DNA from: Candidatus Multivorans sp.
GTDB lineage: Bacteria > Acidobacteriota > Thermoanaerobaculia > Multivoradales > Multivoraceae
NCBI GenBank assembly: GCA_965205295.1
Contig: OZ242167.1
Span: 135,788 to 199,787 of the forward strand
Direction of reading: 5' to 3'
DNA: 64,000 nucleotides
Below, piece by piece: positions 57,905 to 64,000 of this stretch (its first letter is position 1; each line of letters opens with the position of its first letter). The position numbers and the translations under genes are program-made. Below the pieces are notes generated by a model. That model had not been told where the DNA came from and did not search any database. It saw only the letters and a list, made by a program, of their open reading frames with translations.

Positions 57905-59674
57905 ATGAGTCGAGAGCGTTTCCTTCGATTGCCCCTGCGGATTGCCGCGGCGACGGCGCTCGTGTCTCTGGTGGCGCCCTCGGCCGGCGCCCAGTCGGAG
58001 GGCGCCTTCGTTCCCGTCACCGACGCGATGCTGGAGGAACCGGATGCAGGCGACTGGTTGCACTGGCGCCGCACCCAGAACGGCTGGGCTTACAGCCCGC
58101 TCGATCAGATCGACCGGGAGAACGTCGGCGACCTGACCATGGCCTGGTCGCGCGGTCTGCAGCCGGGCAGTCAGCAGGGGACGCCGCTGGTCTACGACGG
58201 CGTCATGTACTTCCCGAACCCGAGCAGCGTCACGCAAGCCATCGACGCGGCGACCGGCGACCTGCTGTGGGAGTACAAGCGGCCGATCCCGAAGGACATC
58301 GCGACCCACGTCGGCGGTCTGGAGACGGTCAACCGGAGTCTCGCGATCTACGGCGGATTGATCATCGACACGGCAAACGACGGCTACGTCTACGCGCTGG
58401 ACGCGGTCACTGGCGAGCTCGCGTGGGAGACCCAGATCGTCGACTACGAGGTCGACCCGGCCAGGCACTCGACCGGACCGCTGGTCGCCGCCGGTCGCGT
58501 GATCTCGGGTCGGAGCTGCCGGCCGAACCGGGGTCCCGAGGCCTGCTTCATCGCGGCTCATAGTGCTGTGACCGGCGAAGAACTCTGGCGCCGGCCGCTG
58601 ATCCCACGGCCGGGCGAGCCCGGCAACGAGACATGGGGCGACTTGCCGTACGAGGACCGGCACCACGTCGGGTCCTGGATGGCGCCGAGCTACGACCCGG
58701 AGCTCGAGCTGCTCATTCTTGGCACGTCGGTCACCTCGCCGGCGCCCAAGTTCCTGCTCGGCGGCCACGAGAAGAGGCACCTCTTCCACAACTCGACCCT
58801 GGCGCTGGAGGTCGACACTGGTGCGGTGCGCTGGTACTACCAGCACCTGAACGATCACTGGGACCTGGACCACCCGTTCGAGCGGCTGCTGGTCGATACG
58901 GTGGTGGCGCCGGACCCGGAGGCCGTCGCGTGGCGGAATCCCCGGCTTCAACCGGGTGAGGTCCGGAAGGTCGTGACCGGCGTTCCGGGCAAGACCGGTC
59001 TCGTCTACACGCTCGACCGCGAGACCGGCGAGTTTCTGTGGGCGCGGCCGACGGTTCCGCAGAACGTGATCGAGCGGATCGACGGCGCGACTGGCGTAGT
59101 AGTCGAGAACCCCGAAGTCGTGTTCACCGAACTGGAGCAGGAGAGGCTGATCTGTCCGTCGCTCCTCGGCGGCAAGGACTGGGAGGCCGGCGCCTACAGT
59201 CCGCTGACGAACACGATGTACTACCCGCTCCGGAACTTGTGCTCCCAGATGACGACACGCGTGGGCCGCGGGGCCATGCACTACGCGCTGGTGAACGAGA
59301 CCCAGTTCGCGCCGGGGAAGGAACTGCTCGGCACGGTCTACGCGATCTCCGCCGAGACCGGTGAAACGCGCTGGCTCCACGAGCGCTTCGCGGTGACGAT
59401 GTCGCTCGTCGCGACTGGTGGCGGTCTCGTGTTCGGCGGTGATGTGGGCGGCCGCTTCTGGGCTCTGGACCAGGAAACCGGCGAAGTGCTGTGGGAGATC
59501 AACCTCGGCTCCTCGGTGACCGGTTTTCCGGTCAGCTACGCGGTGGACGGCCGGCAGTACGTGGCGGTTGGTACCGGCGCCGAGGGCGGGTCGACCTCGA
59601 CCTTCCGGAGGTTGACGGCGGAGCTTCGTCCGAGCTCCAACAACACGCTGTTCGTGTTCGCGCTGCCCCGGTAA
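57905..59674 (+). CDS. PQQ-dependent dehydrogenase (third quinoprotein in the window), secreted
   Basis: ATG at 57905 is preceded by GGGGAG. Signal peptide. Eight-bladed propeller repeats; HWDLDHP in the active-site region. The six-frame ORF begins spuriously at 56540. Confidence 0.75.
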   Translation: MSRERFLRLPLRIAAATALVSLVAPSAGAQSEGAFVPVTDAMLEEPDAGDWLHWRRTQNGWAYSPLDQIDRENVGDLTMAWSRGLQPGSQQGTPLVYDGVMYFPNPSSVTQAIDAATGDLLWEYKRPIPKDIATHVGGLETVNRSLAIYGGLIIDTANDGYVYALDAVTGELAWETQIVDYEVDPARHSTGPLVAAGRVISGRSCRPNRGPEACFIAAHSAVTGEELWRRPLIPRPGEPGNETWGDLPYEDRHHVGSWMAPSYDPELELLILGTSVTSPAPKFLLGGHEKRHLFHNSTLALEVDTGAVRWYYQHLNDHWDLDHPFERLLVDTVVAPDPEAVAWRNPRLQPGEVRKVVTGVPGKTGLVYTLDRETGEFLWARPTVPQNVIERIDGATGVVVENPEVVFTELEQERLICPSLLGGKDWEAGAYSPLTNTMYYPLRNLCSQMTTRVGRGAMHYALVNETQFAPGKELLGTVYAISAETGETRWLHERFAVTMSLVATGGGLVFGGDVGGRFWALDQETGEVLWEINLGSSVTGFPVSYAVDGRQYVAVGTGAEGGSTSTFRRLTAELRPSSNNTLFVFALPR

Positions 59675-59768
59675 TCCCTGCAGGTCCGTCGGGCCTGACC
59701 CGAGTCTGAAGCTTGAGACAGCGGTTTGCCGTGGGCAGCCGGCCCCATTTATTGTAGTAACATGAATT

Positions 59769-60038
59769 GTGCTGATCGAGTTCGACGCGGCAAAGCGCTC
59801 GGCCACCCTCAAGGCCAGGGGCCTCGACATGGCCCGGGCCGGCGAAGTGCTCGCGGGTGCGACGCTGACCGTCGGGGACGACCGGCAGGACTACGGAGAG
59901 GACCGCTTCATCACGATCGGTTTCCTCGACCACCGGATGGTGGTTCTCGTTTGGACACGGCGCGACGGCGCCTACCGGATCATCAGCATGAGGAAAGCCA
60001 ATGAACGCGAACGAACGCTCTACGGCCCCAGATTCTGA
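59769..60038 (+). CDS. brnT: BrnT-family ribonuclease toxin (DUF497)
   Basis: 89 aa. ...RIISMRKANERERTLY C-terminus typical of BrnT. Overlaps the downstream antitoxin gene. Confidence 0.75.
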   Translation: MLIEFDAAKRSATLKARGLDMARAGEVLAGATLTVGDDRQDYGEDRFITIGFLDHRMVVLVWTRRDGAYRIISMRKANERERTLYGPRF

Positions 60039-60258
60039 GAAGGACCTCGCTCCGGACCTTTCCGCCGACGGCTGGCCGGAGAAGTTCGCTCAGGCCAGAG
60101 TTCGCCGGGGCAGGCCGCCAAGCGCGAATCCGAAGGTGTCGACGACCATCCGTCTGTCGCGCGACGTCATCGACCACTTCAAGGCTGGCGGTCGCGGATG
60201 GCAAACGCGGATCGACGCGGCGCTTCGCGAGTGGATCGGCAAGGGGGACGCCGCTTGA
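60001..60258 (+). CDS. brnA: BrnA-family antitoxin
   Basis: 85 aa. Overlaps brnT by 38 nt in the typical brnTA arrangement. C-terminal RHH-like region. Confidence 0.65.
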   Translation: MNANERSTAPDSEKDLAPDLSADGWPEKFAQARVRRGRPPSANPKVSTTIRLSRDVIDHFKAGGRGWQTRIDAALREWIGKGDAA

Positions 60259-60885
60259 CGTGGCAGCGGAGAACCTGGAGAGGGGCGCTAGTTCTAGTGT
60301 GGTAGGCCGTCAGCACGTCGAGCGCAGCGGACCGGACGCCTTGATACCATGTTGGATCGCGCACCGTTTCCTCGAGCACGTCCGAAAGCGCCGGTAGCGG
60401 CTCCCCGTCAGCCAGTATCTGCATCAGCAGTATCACGTACGACTGGTGTTCGTCGGCCCGCTCGTCGTCTGTCTGGACTTCTCGGAACGTTCCTTCGAGT
60501 TCCGGTGACACGATCGCTCCGATACCTGGGTTCGGCCCGATCGAACGGCTGCACCACGGATTCCAGTGGGACTCCCGCCGGAGGTCCAGCACGAGCATGT
60601 CTCGGGACTCGTCAATGCGGGTCTCCCGCTGGCGCGGATCCTCGCGCTGCTGTGTCCATAGCGCTGCTCGAATCGCTGGGTTCCCGAACCACGGATCCGC
60701 ATGCCGCCATTGACCGACTCGGGCAATCGGGCTCGCTCAACAGTTTGGCTCCCGCGACAGTCGCGGGTCCAGTGCGGGCGCAATCGTAGCTTTGGCTCGT
60801 CGGCCACGAATACCTTGCACCGTAATGCATTGCTGTGCTATGTACTGTCCTCGTCGTCGCGTTCCAGTCGACGGAAGGGATGAAG

Positions 60886-61272
60886 ATGAACATCAGCAAG
60901 GACCTGGTAGCCGCCTCGGCCGCGCCGCTGGTGCTGGCGATCCTGGTGGAGGGTGACAGCTACGGCTACGCGATCATCAAGCGGGTGGGGGAGTTGTCGA
61001 ACGGCCATCTGAAGTGGACGGACGGCATGCTCTATCCGGTCCTTCACCGCCTCGAGCGTCTCGGCTTTGTCGAGGCGCGTTGGGCCACGGCGGAGACCGG
61101 CCGGCGGCGCCGGTACTACCGCATCACCAGGGCGGGGCGGGCGCGCCTGAAGACGCAGAGGCGGCAATGGCAGGTGGTCGACGCCACGTTGCGCGGAATC
61201 TGGAGGATGTCTTCGACGGCGGTCGAGGCAGGACAAGCGCCGCCGGGATGGCGGCTGGAGCCGGCATGGTGA
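60886..61272 (+). CDS. PadR-family transcriptional regulator
   Basis: Winged-helix motifs GYAIIKRV...LYPVLHRLE...RRYYRITRAG. The ATG at 60886 has better RBS spacing than 60880. Confidence 0.8.
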   Translation: MNISKDLVAASAAPLVLAILVEGDSYGYAIIKRVGELSNGHLKWTDGMLYPVLHRLERLGFVEARWATAETGRRRRYYRITRAGRARLKTQRRQWQVVDATLRGIWRMSSTAVEAGQAPPGWRLEPAW

Positions 61273-62651
61273 GGCACGACGACGCGCTCGAAGCGCAGAT
61301 CAGCCAGTGGCGGAGCTGGCTGCGACGGCGGCCGGCGATCCGCGATACCGACGTGGAAGAACTCGAAGGCCACCTTCGCGATGTGGTCGCGGCGCTCCGC
61401 GCTAGCGGCCTTGCCGCCGACGAGGCGTTCCTGGTGGCCGTCAAGCGGATGGGCAACCTCGACGCGGTGTCGCGTGAGTTCGCCCGCGAGCATTCCGAGC
61501 GGCTCTGGAAGCAACTCGTGATGCCGACGGCCGTGGACGGCGCGGCGCACCGGAGCGCGCTGCGCGAGACGGTCGTTGCGGTAGCGCTGGCAGTCGCCGC
61601 GGCCGCGGCGATCAAGCTGCCCGAGCTGTTCGGCTATCCCCGGATCGGGTCGGGAAATGGCTTCTTCGACACCCACCTCCTGTACTTTCCCAATGTCAGT
61701 TTCTTCGTGCTCCCGTTCCTGGCCGGCTACTTCGCGTGGAAACGCCGGCTGAACCGGGCAGGTTGCGTGCGGCTGGCCCTGGCGTTTGCCGCCGGTGCGC
61801 TGGCCATCAACGTCTTCCCGTCCGCGCCGCCCGGTCACACGGTGACGCTAGCGGCGCTCCACCTGCCGATAGCACTGTGGCTGGTCGTGGGCATCGCCTA
61901 CACCGGAGGACGCTGGCGTGACGGCAGCGGCCGGATGGACTTCGTGCGCTTCTCCGGCGAACTGTTCATCTACTACGTGCTCATGGCCCTCGGCGGCGGT
62001 GTCCTCATGGTTTTCACCGGCCTCACCTTCGCCGCCATCGGCGCGAACACGGAGTGGTTGGTGCTGGAGTGGATGCTCCCGTGCGGCGCGATGGGGGCCG
62101 TCATCGTCGGCGCGTGGCTCGTGGAAGCCAAGCAGGGCGTCATCGAGAACATGGCGCCCGTGCTGACGCGCCTGTTCACGCCGCTGTTCACCGCGGTGCT
62201 GCTCGCCTTCCTCGGCACCATGGTGTGGACGCGCAGCGGCATCGACGTGGAGAGGGAGGTGCTCATCGGCTTCGACCTGCTCCTGGTGGTCGTGCTCGGT
62301 CTGCTGCTCTATTCGGTCTCGGCACGCGACCCGCAGGCCCCGCCGGGCGTGTTCGACGCGCTGCAGCTTCTACTCGTCCTCTGCGCGCTGGTCGTCGACA
62401 TCGTCGCACTGGCCGCCATCGCCGGGCGGATCTCCGAGTTCGGCGTCAGTCCGAACAAGTTGGCTGCACTGGGTGAAAACCTCGTTCTGCTGGTCAACCT
62501 GACGTGGTCGGGCTGGCTGTACGCGCGCTTCCTCGCCGGCCGTGGCCCGTTCTTCGCCCTTGAGCGCTGGCAGACGGCCTACCTGCCGGTCTACGCAGCG
62601 TGGGCGGCCTTCGTCGTCGTCGCCTTTCCGCCGCTGTTCGGCTTCAAGTGA
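61266..62651 (+). CDS. PadR-associated integral membrane protein with an N-terminal cytoplasmic domain
   Basis: The ATG overlaps the padR stop by 7 nt. 461 aa. Soluble N-terminal about 100 aa followed by at least 8 hydrophobic helices. Confidence 0.6.
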   Translation: MVRHDDALEAQISQWRSWLRRRPAIRDTDVEELEGHLRDVVAALRASGLAADEAFLVAVKRMGNLDAVSREFAREHSERLWKQLVMPTAVDGAAHRSALRETVVAVALAVAAAAAIKLPELFGYPRIGSGNGFFDTHLLYFPNVSFFVLPFLAGYFAWKRRLNRAGCVRLALAFAAGALAINVFPSAPPGHTVTLAALHLPIALWLVVGIAYTGGRWRDGSGRMDFVRFSGELFIYYVLMALGGGVLMVFTGLTFAAIGANTEWLVLEWMLPCGAMGAVIVGAWLVEAKQGVIENMAPVLTRLFTPLFTAVLLAFLGTMVWTRSGIDVEREVLIGFDLLLVVVLGLLLYSVSARDPQAPPGVFDALQLLLVLCALVVDIVALAAIAGRISEFGVSPNKLAALGENLVLLVNLTWSGWLYARFLAGRGPFFALERWQTAYLPVYAAWAAFVVVAFPPLFGFK

Positions 62652-62721
62652 GGCCCGGGGGCATCGCCGGCCGCTGCTAGGCTCAGCCGGTCCACGAACA
62701 GCGCGTAGCAGGAGGTCGAGA

Positions 62722-63759
62722 ATGAGGTTTCGAGGATTCTCCCTGTCTTTCAGTCTGTGTGCGGCGGCGAGCCTGCTCCTCGTACCGTGCCTCGCGGCCG
62801 AGGAGATTCCGCGTACGCCGAGCGGCAGGCCGGACTTTTCCGGCAACTACGACCTCTCGTCTCTGACGCCGCTGGAGCGCGATCCCCGGTTCGGCGACCG
62901 GCTGTACCTGACCGAGGAGGAAGCGCACGGCATGGCGGATGGCACCGCGGCGGCCAATGCCCGCGACCTGGAAGCCCGCGACGCGAGCCGTGACGTGATC
63001 GCGGGACGGTCGGAGGAGGGGTTTCGGGGCGTCGGCGGCTACAACCTCTTCTGGCTCGACCGCGGTACGGCGGCCTTCACCGTCGACGGCAAGTACCGGA
63101 CGTCGGTGCTCACCGATCCGCCGAACGGCCGCTTCCCGCCGGTGACGGAGGCGGGCGAGGCGCGCCGCGCGAACATTCCGCCGTTCAGCTACGAGAACAC
63201 GGGTGCGGCCTGGTGGCTCGAGAACGGTGACGACCCCTACGACGGGCCGGAGTCGCTCACCCTGGGTAACCGGTGCGTCTTCCACCAGGGTTCGACGCTC
63301 CCGATCGGCCCTCGGGCCTACAACAACCTGAAGACGATCATTCAGACGGACACCCATGTGGTCATCATGATCGAGTGGATGCACTGGGCGCGGATCGTCC
63401 GCCTCGACGCCGAGCACCTGCCGCCCGAGTACCGTTCCTATGCCGGCGATTCGATCGGAAGCTGGGACGGCGACACGCTGGTGATCGACACGACGAACAT
63501 CCTCGGAGACTGGGGCTTTCACCGGGAAGGCCTCCACATCGTCGAGCGTCTCCGGTTCCAGGACGCCGACAATCTGTTCTACGAGTTCACGGTCAGCGAT
63601 CCGGAGCACACGGCGCCCTACAGCGGCTCGCTGCCGTGGCCGCGCACCGACAGCCAGCTCTACGAGTTTGCCTGCCACGAGGGGAACTACTCGATGGGCA
63701 ACACGCTGCGCGGCGCCCGTTACCTGGAGCAGGAGCACCACGAGAAGCATGGGCGTTGA
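62722..63759 (+). CDS. secreted protein of the uncharacterised EYACHEGNY family (paralog 3 of 3)
   Basis: GCAGGAGG RBS and a signal peptide (FSLSFSLCAAASLLLVPCLAAEE). Motifs DPPNGRFP, W-G-W-GDTLVIDTTN and YEFACHEGNYS. Confidence 0.75.
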   Translation: MRFRGFSLSFSLCAAASLLLVPCLAAEEIPRTPSGRPDFSGNYDLSSLTPLERDPRFGDRLYLTEEEAHGMADGTAAANARDLEARDASRDVIAGRSEEGFRGVGGYNLFWLDRGTAAFTVDGKYRTSVLTDPPNGRFPPVTEAGEARRANIPPFSYENTGAAWWLENGDDPYDGPESLTLGNRCVFHQGSTLPIGPRAYNNLKTIIQTDTHVVIMIEWMHWARIVRLDAEHLPPEYRSYAGDSIGSWDGDTLVIDTTNILGDWGFHREGLHIVERLRFQDADNLFYEFTVSDPEHTAPYSGSLPWPRTDSQLYEFACHEGNYSMGNTLRGARYLEQEHHEKHGR

Positions 63760-63834
63760 AGAGGCGTTGAGCGTCGCACCCGGCGGAATGGCCTCGGGTG
63801 GAGAACGCGGTCCGATCTTCAACCCCGTGAGTCG

Positions 63835-64000
63835 ATGAAACGCACCCTGCTCCTCTCGCTATGGCTTCCGGCCGGGATGGTGGTTCTCACGCTTGTCCGG
63901 TTCGTCTTCGAGCCGGGCTTCGGCGGCGAGGGCCCCCCGGCTCTGATGGCGGTGCCGGCAATGTTCCTGGGGCTGGTCTTGGCGTGGCCCGGCGCGATCC
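63835..64000 (+). CDS. membrane protein, N-terminal fragment (continues beyond window)
   Basis: MKRTLLLSLWLPAGMVVLTLVRFV... is hydrophobic. The window ends after 55 codons. Confidence 0.3.
   Translation, partial: MKRTLLLSLWLPAGMVVLTLVRFVFEPGFGGEGPPALMAVPAMFLGLVLAWPGAI

Noticed and set aside
56540-59674. 1044-aa plus-strand ORF
   Set aside because: The N-terminal 455 aa are antisense to ggt and fabF and have no protein-like features. The real gene starts at ATG 57905 with a signal peptide.

Overview
This is a 64-kb, high-GC (about 68-70%) bacterial chromosomal segment. I found no rRNA, tRNA or CRISPR array. Because of the GC bias the six-frame track is dominated by long spurious antisense or read-through ORFs; I resolved real genes by protein motifs, signal peptides, start-codon context and translational coupling.

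Ordinary genes include rne (RNase E/G), hflX, groES-groEL with a perfect CIRCE operator, a fadB/fadJ-like beta-oxidation enzyme, fabF, a gamma-glutamyltransferase, a CocE/NonD hydrolase, a secreted M16 peptidase pair, an alanine:cation symporter, an MFS transporter and an orphan CoxL-type molybdopterin subunit.

Accessory content:
- An xoxF-xoxJ-cytochrome c cluster whose PQQ dehydrogenase carries the lanthanide-type D-Y-D signature; two further PQQ-dependent dehydrogenases sit elsewhere in the window, with no pqq biosynthesis genes.
- A lower-GC islet (about 4.85-6.55 kb) holding a degraded OLD-family ATPase-TOPRIM nuclease gene: the N-terminus is missing, there is a frame change at the ATPase/TOPRIM junction and a frameshift in a homopolymer run.
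- Three type II toxin-antitoxin pairs (RES-Xre, VapBC, BrnTA) plus a class II Fic AMPylase translationally coupled inside a dpp/opp-type peptide ABC importer operon.
- A tandem array of four paralogous secreted VWA (MIDAS) proteins of the Acidobacteria-type architecture (25.5-34.1 kb); one is frameshifted in a G4/C4 run. The array diverges from the ABC operon across only 36 bp.
- Three paralogs of an uncharacterised secreted family (about 340-365 aa) with a conserved C-terminal EYACHEGNY motif.
- A tandem pair of PAS-LuxR regulators and a PadR-plus-membrane-protein pair.
- A 22-bp perfect inverted repeat enclosing 117 nt between fadB and a PQQ dehydrogenase gene.

The VWA array with its coupled Fic/ABC locus and the EYACHEGNY family are the most plausible candidates for undescribed biology; their functions cannot be assigned from sequence.
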